A DNA stretch of 64,000 bases. Origin: Heptranchias perlo (taxonomy: Eukaryota). The stretch lies in NCBI RefSeq assembly GCF_035084215.1, contig NC_090370.1:26846001-26910000 (forward strand), in the 5' to 3' direction. Below are positions 43,334 to 54,865 of this stretch, one piece after another. Below the pieces are notes generated by a model. That model was not told the DNA's origin and did not search any database. It saw only the letters and a program-made list of their open reading frames with translations. A program made the translations under genes and the position numbers. Positions within the stretch are counted from its first letter, which is position 1, and every line of letters begins with the position of its first letter.

Positions 43334-44074
43334 TTTCTAATAAAATTGTTGGACTATAACTTGGTGTTGTAAAATTGGTAACAATTGTCAACGCCAGTCC
43401 ATCACCGGCATCTCCACACCAAGGTTGAATGACAGAAGATGCAGTCTCATCTCTAACTGATCTTATTCCAGAGACAGACACGTTATTAATCCCACTCTCA
43501 GGGACAGTGTCACACATTTAACCCTCTCTTGCATATTGTACCCTCTGTAATCTTGCAGCAGAGGACAGTTCGGTATTACTCTCAGTGACCGAGAGTTTCA
43601 CTCCGATTGAAATAAACTGGGACTGTTGCCGTCAGATATTCATCCTGCACAGTCCCAGCAAATACACCGAGTCCCACTTCTCTCCCATGTTTCTCCATGA
43701 TTGGTTTGAGAAATCCTCCCTCCAGTTTCGGGTTCACGCGTTACTTTATCATTAGAGGAACCAAGAATGAACAGAACCCATTGGCTCATTCCACAGCCGC
43801 CCACGTTATCTCTGATAGACCCTTTACCATCAAAAGATACCGAGAGAAACAGCAGGGATGGAAACATCCAGTTTAATGGTTGGAGATTGTAAAGTCAGTC
43901 TGGATTCCAGCGTTCGGCACTGGTGGAATCGCATCTGTTTCCCATTCTGCTGCCTGTTCCTGCACTGCCTGTGGACCCCATTCCCTCTGACCTTTCCCCC
44001 ACTTCCTTTGCTCAGACTCTGAAAAATTCCAACTGGGGAAAGTTTCCATCGATTTTTGTGTTGGGAATTAAACC

Positions 44075-44340
44075 AGATATCTGCGCATGCGTAACTCAGC
44101 CCCGCCCCCAGCGCTGCTTGCTGGTGAGCAGAAGAGCGCATGCGCGCTCCCCTCCCCCAGCTCGGCCTGTGGGCGCCATTCCCTCAGTGAGCGGAAGAAG
44201 ATGGTTTAAAACAGCCGGGAATGGAGAGATCACGGCCCCCGGGGGAAGGGAGCAAAGAGCAGCCTCGTTGCAGCAGCTCATCGCTTCGGGACCGTGTCCG
44301 CAGATGGGCTCAGAGATCGGCATTGAGTCCAGGGGAAGGT
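44075..44340 (+). promoter_or_regulatory. CpG-rich promoter-like segment with two NRF1 motifs and a GC box
   Basis: TGCGCATGCG 44082-44091, GCGCATGCGC 44136-44145, CCCCGCCCC ~44100. Confidence 0.6.
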
Positions 44341-45649
44341 CAAGGGGAGTCCGAGGGCTGTTTGTAAGAGGCGGAGTGGATCAGGATCTCGTCCCGGAAC
44401 ATGGAGTGAGCGGGGGAAGGGAGAGGTCATTCTCGGGCTGTGTGTGTCCAGGGTGTGTCCAGGGTGAGGGAGAGAGAATGGGAAGAACCTGCTATTAAAA
44501 TCATTGCTGCTTTCTCTCCCCAAACCAGTAGTGAAATGTTCCTGGTTTAGTTCCAGTCTCACCCTGTTTATTGTTATTGGACAGTGAACAGTGGAAACAG
44601 AGCCGGACAGTAAGGATATGGGGAGTTTTACAAAGAGCATCTATTGCAGGCACCAGGTGAGAAGTGTGAAGGGCACAATTTAAACAGCGGTTGTTTGGTT
44701 TTGGTTGAACGGTTAGTCCCATGGGAGAGGGGATTAGAAACCTGACCTGTACAAAGGTCACTGCCCCATCGGGTCGTCCCATTCATGGATCAGTGCAGGG
44801 GTTGGGTTTTTTCTGGATGTCACTAAATTGTTATGAAACAGCCCAACACACCTGGTATACAGAAGCTGAGTGCTGCAGTACTGCAGTGGAGTCAGACACT
44901 GACACTCTTTGTATCACTGGTTTTCATTTGTGGATATTCAAAATAATTATTAACAGAGATATTAAATTGATCACTTTTGTATTTTCTACCTCACCTGTTC
45001 TTGAGTTACAAGATATAATTGTCTTTCTACAGGCAAATCCTTGAAGGACCCAGAATAAATGTGATGTTTCCTCCACCCGAGGCAGAAGGAACAGTGCGGC
45101 CAGCTCCTTCTCACAAACAGTAGGTACATTATCACACACAGAGACACAGACAGGTCATCAGTTCCACAGTCTCAGACAGCAGAAGTGGTCAGTCCCACAC
45201 TGATCGCAAGTTCCAGAGACACATTTTCAATCCAACAGTCAAACAGAGCAGGTGAGGCAGACGCTGTTTCCATTTCCCCCGAACTCAGTCCCGCTGACAG
45301 GAAGATACAAAAATCCCAGTCCAAAATCACATTTCCAGATTGAAAGACACTGTGTCAATCTCACAAGAGGGCAACATTAGCTCTGAATTAAATACCAGAT
45401 AGAAATCACACATGGTACCCGATTCAAAAGTGCAGAATAAACCCCAATAATGTACCTCGAGATTCCAATTGAATACTAGCCCAGAACTCACACATGTGAG
45501 TTTAATCGATGCAGTATCGATTTGATTCGTGTATCAAGAGATACAAATTGCAGGCAAGTCTAAAACACATGTACAGTATCAGATTGAGAAATGCTGTGAC
45601 ATTGAAACCTGAGAAACAAATTAGAAACCAGTTTATAATACACTCATTG

Positions 45650-48600
45650 TATGAGATGTAAAGATAGAGTATCAATTCTATTAGTGCAGACTGAGATATA
45701 CATTACATACCAGTCCAAAAATCTCATACAATATTAGATTGAAAGACGCAGTATCGATTACAATAGTACAGACAGAGCTGCACATTATATATCAATTCAA
45801 AAATCACCATATCAGTTTGAAATATATATTATCATTCACAATATTACACAGAAATATAGATTTAATAGTGGTCAAGTTTATCAATATTTACCAATTAAAT
45901 AATGATAAATACTATTTAAACATGAAGCTATTAAAGCTACAGTATTGTATGTCATAAGATAATCTGAGAGAACAATTATAGACAGACACAGAATGAATCT
46001 CACACTCATGTATGGTACCAGAGTTGACAGATACAGAATGAGTCCCACACTCTCATAATGTACCAGATACTGGCAGATAAAGTATGAATCCCACACTCAC
46101 ACACAGTACCAGAGAATGTATCGACAGAATGAATCTCACAATCATAGAGTACCAGATTACTGATTCAATCCCACACTAACATACATGATGAGAAACTGCA
46201 TATATAAAGTGAATTCAACATCCACATACAGTACTGGAAACTGACAGACACAGAATGAATCCCACACAGTATCACGGAGTGAGAGATACAAAATGAATCT
46301 CACAGTCACCTACATTACTGCTGGCTGAGTTACAAATTACGTACCAGTCCAAAAATCTCAGTGTCAGATTGAAAGATACAGTATCAATTCCATTAGTGCA
46401 GATTGAGCTACATATTAAAACCACTACAAAAAATATCTGATGCAGATTGAGACTGAAATATACAGTGTTCCATTCATGCAGACTGAGCTCCACATTATAT
46501 ACAAGTTCAAAAATGTCACCATATCAGTTTGGAAGATAAACTAAATCACAGTTGTGTTCACATTGATGCAGATTTAATAGTAGCCCAAAAAGTGCACTCA
46601 TTCTCTGATTATAACCTACAGCATCACATGTTAAAGTGTATGATTATCTACCAGTTAAATACTGGGAAAAATTATTTATACATTTAGGTATGAAAGATAC
46701 AGTTTTGAACGCCATACTTTAAACGGAGATACAAATTAGATACAGATAAAGAATGAATCTCATACTCAGATCCAGTGCCAGAGACTGACAAATAGAATGA
46801 ATCTCACACTCACACAATGTACCAGTGATTGATAGACACAGAACAAATCCCACACTCTGATACAGTAGCACAGACTGACAGATACAGAATTTATATCACT
46901 CACATACAGCATCAGAGACTGACAGATATGGAATGAATCCCAAATTCACACACAGTGTCAGAGACTGACAGGAACAGAATAAATCACAAAGTACCACAGT
47001 CAGACAGATACAGAATGAATCTCACTCACATACAGTACCAGGGACTGACATATATAGAATGAATCCCACACTCACACACAGTACCACAGTCAGACAGATA
47101 CAGAATGAATCTCACAGTCACATTATTGCAGACTGAGTTACACATAAATCAGTCCAAAAATCTTATTGTGTCATATTGGAAGATAATGTTTCAATTCGAT
47201 TAGTGCAGACTGAGCCAAACAATACATAGCAGTCGAACAATTTCATACCATATCAGACTCAAAGATACAACATCAATTCCATTAGCATGCACTGAGCTAC
47301 ATGTTACACACCAGTCCAAAAATCTCATACAGTATCAGACTGATAGATTAGTGCAGGGTGAGCTACATTTTACATTCCAGTCCAAAAATCTCATACAATG
47401 TCAGACTGAGATACAGAATTAATTCCATTATTATAGACTGAGCTACACATTATATACCAGTCCAATAATTTCACCGTGAACGGATTGAAAGGTACATTAT
47501 CATTCACACTAGAGTTCAGAGATTAAGATGTAATACTACTCTGAAACTCACACACATTGTTTGATTTAAGAAAATCCAAAAGTGTATCCATATTAACAAA
47601 TTAAATACTCGACGAAGAACTGTATATACTTTGAAGTGGAAAAGATACAGTTTCAAATAAGATACTGTAAACTGAAATAAGAATCCAGACTGAATGCAGA
47701 CTTGCACATTATCTCAGAGACTGAATTACTGAATGAATCCCTCACTGAGATAAAGTAGCAGAGAATGCCAGATACTGAATGTATCCCCCCCACACACAGA
47801 CAGTGCCGGAGACTGACAGATCCAGAATAAACCCCACACACATGTACAGTACCAGAGAATGACAGGCACAGAATAAATCCCAAATTCAGATACCGTACCA
47901 GAGACTGACAGATACAGAATAAATCCCACACTCGCATACCATATCAGAGACTGACAAATGCAGAATGAACCCCAATCTCTGGTACAGTATCAGAGACTGA
48001 CAGATACAGAATAAACCTCACACTCATGTACAGTACCAGAGACAGACAGATACAGAATTAATCCCACATGCACACACAGTATCAGAGACTGACAGATACA
48101 GAATAAACCCCACACTTGCATACTGAACCCAAGATTGACAGATCTAGAGTAAAACCCACACTCATATACTGGACTAGAGACTGACAGATACAGAATAAAC
48201 CCCACACTCATATACAATACCAGAGACAGACAGATACAGAATAAACCCCACATTCATGCACAGTAACAGAGACTGACAATTATAGAGTTAATTCCACACT
48301 TGTTAACAGTACCAGAGACAGACAGATACAAAATAAACCCCACTGTCATGCACAGTACCAGGGACTGAGAGAATACAGAATAAACCCCACTGTCATATAC
48401 AGTACCAGGGACTGACAGAATACAGAATAAACCCCACTCTCATACACAGTACCAGGGACTGACAGAATACAGAATAAACCCCACTCTCAGATACAGTACC
48501 AGGGACTGACAGAATACAGAATAAACCCCACTGTCATACACAGTACCAGGGACTGACAGAATACAGAATAAAGCCCACTCTCATACACAGTACCAGAGAC

Positions 48601-48650
48601 TGACAGAATACAGAATAAAGCCCACTCTCATACACAGTACCAGAGACTGA
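45650..48650. repeat. Compound ~81-bp and 46/47-bp minisatellite arrays
   Basis: Same unit families as 29900-31620; most regular at 47770-48650. Confidence 0.9.
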
Positions 48651-49412
48651 CCTCTACGACTGACCTCTACTGGATACAATCGAGAACTGTGAACGAGCGG
48701 AACAAATTCACATTCTCTGTCGTGGTTCCAGAAACAGGACAATGTGCAATGTGAGGAAAATTTCTGTCTGTAACTTCTACTCTCGTATTTTTGCACATTT
48801 TGATAGTGGAAAATGAGGACAATTTATTCATTAAAGTTTTGTTTCACTCATTCAATAGTTGTGAATTTGCCCCATTATATTTCACTGTACATTGCGCAGT
48901 ATTTCTCTCTGATTTCTCAGGTCGATTTACATTACTCCTCTACCCCTTTCAGACTCTTTTTTCCAAGCAGTATGCGGCCAACTTGTTCCCCTGGCAAAAT
49001 GCACCAGCTCACACCTTTCTATATTGAAATTCAGTGGTCATTTGCACAGCCGTTCTGCAAACTTATTTTTTGCAGTCTTCCTCAGTATTGACTATAACCC
49101 CTAAATCAATTATAAGAATGTAACACAGCATTACAACTAATGTTTGGTCTAACAAAATGTATTTGCAGCTCGTCTCCATTCCCAGTTTTTCTAAATCCCA
49201 CTCGTGCAATATAATGTGAAGAATTAGTTTCTGTTCTGTCCCTCTCTCATCTGCAAACTTCACTGTCCCGGGGTTTGGGGACATCTACTGGCCGGAAGCA
49301 GAACTGCAACAATTCGGAACAAATTGCTGAAACCGGACAATGTGCAGTGTGAGCGTGTTTGTGATTGGTGGCAGGTACTAAATCTGATTGGATATCTGAA
49401 GAAATCAATCAG

Positions 49413-50305
49413 TGAAAGGAACAGGTGTGTCTTTAGGGATGTCTTACTGCTGTTATACAGGCCTTGGTGAGACCACATCTGGAGTATTGTGTGCAGTTCT
49501 GGTCTCCTTATCTGAGGAAGGATGTCCTTGCCATGGAGGGAGTGCAACGAAGGTTTACCAGACTGATTCCTGGGATGGCAGAACTGACGTATGAGGAGAG
49601 ATTGGGTCGACTCGGCCAGTATTCACGAGAGTTAAAAGAATGAGAGGTGATCTCATCAAAACATATAAAATTGTAACAGGTCTAGACAGACTAGATGCAG
49701 GGAGGATGTTCCCGATGGCTGGGGAGTCCAGAACCAGGGGTCACAGTCTCAGGATACGGGGTATGCAATTTAGAACCGAGATGAGGAGAAAATTCTTCAC
49801 TCAGAGGGTGGTGAACCTGTGGAATTCTCTACCACAGAAGGCAGTGGAGGCCAAGTCATTAGATGTATTCAAGAAGGAGATGGATATATTTCTTAATGCT
49901 GAAGGGACCAAGTGATATCAGAGCCAGACCTTTCAGGAGCGAGATTAGAAAAAATTTCTCCACACAAAGGGTGGTAGAAATTTGGAACTCTCTTCCGCAA
50001 ACGGCAATTGATACTAGCTCAATTGCTAAATTTAAATCTGGGACAGATAGCTTTTTGGCAACCAAAGGTATTGAGGGATATGGGCCAAAGTCGGGTACAT
50101 GGAGTTAGATCACAGATCAGCCATGATCTTGTCAAATGGCAGAGCAGGCAGGAGGGGCTGAATGGCCGACTCTTGTTCCTATGTTCTTATATGGGGAAAA
50201 AGCGGGAACAGGGTACTGAATTAGACGATCAGCCATGATCATTTTGAATGGCGGAACAGACCCGAAGGGCGGAATGGCCGACTCTTACTCATATTTTCTA
50301 TGTCA
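49413..50305 (+). mobile_element. Composite CR1 3' fragments inserted in an H2B promoter
   Basis: LYRALVRPHLEYCVQFWSP; MRGDLIKTYKI..GESRTRGHSL; second 3' end IRARPFRSEIRKNF; absent from the paralog at 33840-33880. Confidence 0.9.
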
Positions 50306-50443
50306 GGTGGCATCACTCTCATCAGTCCAATCACAATCATTGCCTTCCCCCATCCCTCATTAGCATAGGGCTGTGGGGCTGCCGATTTAATCCGAGCTCG
50401 GAGCGGATTTGGGTCATTTCTGGGTCTGAAATTGAGTTTGAAA

Positions 50444-50527
50444 ATGCCTGAGGACAAGAAAACAGCTCCCAAGAAAGGCGCCAAGAAAACATTCAGTAAA
50501 GCACCAGGCGGCGGCAAGAAGTCGTAA
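50444..50527 (+). pseudogene. H2B: Truncated H2B (27 codons) at an inversion breakpoint
   Basis: [27 protein letters not shown]; proximal promoter/5' UTR as in 33890-34007, with octamer-like ATTAGCAT at 50359. Confidence 0.9.
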
Positions 50528-51008
50528 CTGACACAGGAACAGAATAATTCCCTCGCTCACATCCAATAACAGACAAATGTGATTCACTGATTCAGTAATC
50601 GCTGACACAATAATCAACACATCAGTCAGCTTCTGCTATACAAATCTGGGTAAAATAATAAAGAGCGAACAAGTGTTGTCGGAGGATGAGACTGTAAATG
50701 ATATTGGGTGGAACACAACAGAATGCCTCTTGATGCCGATGATCAAACGTCCCAGGTATTTCTGTGTCCCACCCGCCCAGTTTAATGACAATTTTGATAT
50801 TTTGTCTCATTCACCACACAAACTGCAAATATCAATCTATTGGAGGTTGGCGACATCTGCTGTCCGGAAGCGAGTACTTCAACAGACCGATCTGGATCAT
50901 TTGTTATCAACAAGTTATTGTTAGTTCTCGAATCGGAATCAAGTCCTTATTAAATTGATTCCTGACTCTCTTCAGTCAGTAACCAGCCCTTTCATAGATA
51001 CAGTGGGT

Positions 51009-51024
51009 GGCTCTTAAAAGAGCC
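51009..51024 (-). terminator. Histone 3' stem-loop (H2A)
   Basis: Minus strand GGCTCTTTTAAGAGCC ACCCA. Confidence 0.95.
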
Positions 51025-51054
51025 TTTGGGTTATCAGATTAAATCTTGGCCGCT

Positions 51055-51561
<507 letters not shown>

Positions 51562-52324
51562 TCATTGGGCTGTTCGTTGAACCAATCAGAGAGCTGCTTT
51601 ATTCACCAATCAATAGCCGGCAATGAGAAAAGGGCAGAAAATACCGAACTGAACAGTTTATGAAATTTGAAAAGCCCGCCAATATATTTCCAACACAAGA
51701 AGCCGATTTAGTAAATAATGTCGCGTAAAGACAAAGATTTAAAAATCTCTCTCCTTTTACTCTGTTATTCCACATTTCCCGTCACAACTTCCAGAATCTT
51801 TTACAATCCGGTTAAAATCCGCCTTCATTCACCTTTCGCTTTCAATCGGGCGGGAATAAAGCCCCATTTTGTAACGGGACAGATTCCAGCTCAATCTTTG
51901 TAAAAGTAACAAACCACAGATTGTGGATTGATCCCTGTTCACAGGAGCTGCAGCGCGATCGAAACCGGAGCCGAGACTCCTGGTGTAAGAAGTCGAACAG
52001 TGACAGAGTCTTTAGACTGTTCTGCACTCGGTGTGAACACCCTTTCGGGATTGCTGCTTTACAAAGGATTGCGGTTCTGAAAGTGATATTCCCGAATAAT
52101 GAGCAAACAAAGGTGAAAAGGAGAAAGAAATGACTGAAGTGTAATCCACCGCCTTAAAACCGCTCTGATGGGGCAGATGCGGGGGAAGGGGCGGAATATG
52201 AGCGGGAATGAGAGGATCAAGGACACGTTTTTAGTTATTGGGACTGAATAAAAAAGCGATCCACTGATTATACCGGGCAGTGATTGAGAGAATCTTACAG
52301 ATTTCAACAGAAATTTCAAAAGCA

Positions 52325-52512
52325 CAAGAACATAGGAACAGGGAGTCGGCCATTCAGCCCCTCGTGCCTGCTCCGCCATTTGATAAGATCATGGCTGATC
52401 TGTGATCTAACTCCATACACCTGCCATTGGCCCATATCCCTTAATACCTTTCGTTGCCAAAAAGCTATCTATCTGATTTAAATGTAGCATTTGAGCTCGT
52501 ATCAATTGCCGT
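52325..52512 (-). mobile_element. Short CR1 3'-end fragment
   Basis: CACAAGAACATAGGAACAGGGAGTCGGCCATTCAGCCCCTCG..GATCATGGCTGATC, a CR1 3' UTR signature. Confidence 0.75.
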
Positions 52513-52598
52513 TAGAGAGAGAGTTAGGATCAAACTATCTCCAGTAAAATGATTCCATACAGAGGTGTCGTTACAGCGTCTTCAGAGAGACTGTGGGT

Positions 52599-52614
52599 GG
52601 CTCTTAAAAGAGCC
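52599..52614 (-). terminator. Histone 3' stem-loop (H2B)
   Basis: Minus strand GGCTCTTTTAAGAGCC ACCCA. Confidence 0.95.
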
Positions 52615-52647
52615 TTTGTGTTGTTTTTTTCAGTTCAATGTGGAGTT

Positions 52648-53022
52648 TTACTTGGAGCTGGTGTATTTGGTCACCGCCTTTGTCCCTTCTGACACGGCGT
52701 GCTTGGCCAGTTCCCCGGGCAGCAGCAGGAGCACGGCGGTCTGGATCTCCCGGGAGCTGATAGTCGCCCGCTTGTTGTAATGGGCCAGGCGGGAAGCCTC
52801 AACCGCGATGCGCTCGAAAATATCGCTCACAAAGGAGTTCATGATGCTCATGGCCTTGGAGGAGATGCCGGTGTCGGGGTGAACCTGCCTCATCACTTTG
52901 TAGATGTAGATGGAGTAACTCTCCTTCCTCGACTTTCTCCGCTTCTTGCCGCCCTTGCCCGGTGCTTTATTCAATGTTTTCTTGGCGCCCTTCTTGGGAG
53001 CTGCTTTCTTGTCCTCAGGCAT
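52648..53022 (-). CDS. H2B: Histone H2B (124 aa) with K46R, G75V, R99L (human numbering)
   Basis: [41 protein letters not shown]. Confidence 0.93.
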   Translation of the reverse strand: MPEDKKAAPKKGAKKTLNKAPGKGGKKRRKSRKESYSIYIYKVMRQVHPDTGISSKAMSIMNSFVSDIFERIAVEASRLAHYNKRATISSREIQTAVLLLLPGELAKHAVSEGTKAVTKYTSSK

Positions 53023-53110
53023 TTTCAAACTCAATTTCAGACTGAGTAATGACCCAAATCCGCTCCGAGCTCGGATTAAATCGGCAGTCCCACAGCCCTA
53101 TGGTAATGAA

Positions 53111-53277
53111 TTTCGAATTCTCATTTCGAGGATTTCATTTTCACATCGTTCACCTGACGAAGGAGGAAGCCTCCGAAAGCTTGTGAATTTAAAATAAAAT
53201 TGCTGGACTATAACTTGGTGTTGTAAAATTGTTTACAATTGTCAACCCCAGTCCATCACCGGCATCTCCACACCACA
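53111..53277 (+). mobile_element. Solo Penelope pLTR fragment with hammerhead motif (53149-53187), 13-bp TSD CTATGGTAATGAA
   Basis: Matches 43270-43418; TSD at 53098-53110 and 53278-53290; empty site in paralog ~33920. Confidence 0.92.
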
Positions 53278-54796
53278 CTATGGTAATGAAGGATGGGTGA
53301 AGGCAATGATTGTGATTGGGTCATTGGGAGTGATGGAACGCTATCTGAAGAAACCAATCAGATTTAGTACCTGCCACCAATCACAAACACGCTCACACTG
53401 CACATTGTCCGGTTTCCGCAATTTGTTCCGAACTGTTGCAGTTCTGCTTCCGGCCAGTAGATGTCCCCAAACCCCGGGACAGTGAAGTTTGCAGATGAGA
53501 GAGGGACAGAACAGAAACTAATTCTTCACATTATATTGCACGAGTGGGATTTAGAAAAACTGGGAATGGAGAACATTTTGTTCGACAAAACATTAGTTGT
53601 AATGCTGTATTAAATGCTTTTAATTAATTTCGGGGTTATAGCCTATACTGAGGAATAATGCAACAAAATACAAGAAGACTTTAATAAGCTTGCTGAAAGG
53701 CGGTCAAAATGGCCATTGAATTTCCACATAAAAAGGTGTGAGGTGGTGCATTTTGCGAGGAGAAATAAGGAGGCCACATACTGCTTGGAAATTAAGAGTC
53801 TAAATGGGGTAAAAAAGCAAAGGGATTTAGGGGTACAGATTGATAAATCATTAAAAAGAGCAACTCAGGATGATAAGGCCATAAAAAAGCAAACACAGAG
53901 GTTTATTTCCAGAGGAATAAAATTGTCAAGCAGATAAGTTGTGTTGAACTGTAATTTAAACTGTCAAACCTTTGGCCAAACTGTTAAACTTTCCTTTTCT
54001 GAAATCCGTGCTGACTATTCTTTGTTATATTTTCGGTTTCTACATGTTTTTCTGTTGCTTCATTGAGTAAAAGATTCCATGATCAATCCTACCACCGACC
54101 TTTAGTTAACTGGTCTTATGTTCCCTGGACTTGTTCTATCTCCTGTTTTAAAATATAAGAATCACATTAGCTGTCATCCAGTCCTCTGGCACTATTACCT
54201 TTTTTGATGATTTTTTCGTATACATGTAACAATGCCTCTGCTGTCTCTTCCCTTGCTTCATTTAATATGCACAGATGCAATCTATCTGGACCAGGAGTTT
54301 AACCACACTTTCGAACATAAATACCTTGATATCTTTATTGACCTCTTCCTCTAATATATTCACCCTGTTAATCTCCCTGGTAAATACTGAGGCAAAGTAA
54401 CAATTCAATATTTCTGCCATTTCGCTGACGTTACCTGTGAGTTTATCTTGTGCATCACTTGGTGGCACTCAATCAATTCTTATTTTCCTTTTGTTATTTT
54501 TGTGTCTGTGGAATAATTTACTATTTCTTTTTATATTCCTTGATAATTTGATTTCCTGGTTCCTGTTTGCTTCCCGAATTGTTTTGGTGACTTCTTCCGA
54601 ACCTCTTCCTATTCGTTTTTGCCATCCTCTTATTTAATATCTATGAATGAGAAATTCCACCAGCTTGTTGTGTCTGTTCAGGGGCTGATGTTTGGGAACT
54701 ATTTATTGTCTATGATTAAAGTGCCAGAAACCCAAAGGGAGCAATTCAGTCTGAAACTCCACAGAAACACTCGACTTCTCCCTCCTGGTGAAATAA

Positions 54797-54865
54797 GGCG
54801 CTTTAATGGTGAGTTTTGCTGCCTTCCAAGCAGTTAATTCCAACAGGTTTGAATCCCAGCACGCT
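54797..54865 (+). pseudogene. Degenerate tRNA-Gly(TCC), inverted paralog of 32378-32447
   Basis: TGGTGAGTTTTGCTGCCTTCCAAGCAGTTAA..GGTTTGAATCCCAGC. Confidence 0.7.

Larger units (their letters stand above)
41743..43418 (+). mobile_element. Penelope-like retroelement, 5'-truncated with inverted 5' segment, 12-bp TSD CCAAGGTTGAAT
   Basis: TSD at 41731-41742 and 43419-43430; ~41750-41930 is the reverse complement of ~43160-43340; ~41940-42030 mirrors ~42113-42205. Confidence 0.92.

Noticed and set aside
43923-44498. 191-aa ORF
   Set aside because: GC-rich promoter-like sequence, GTG start, no recognisable domain
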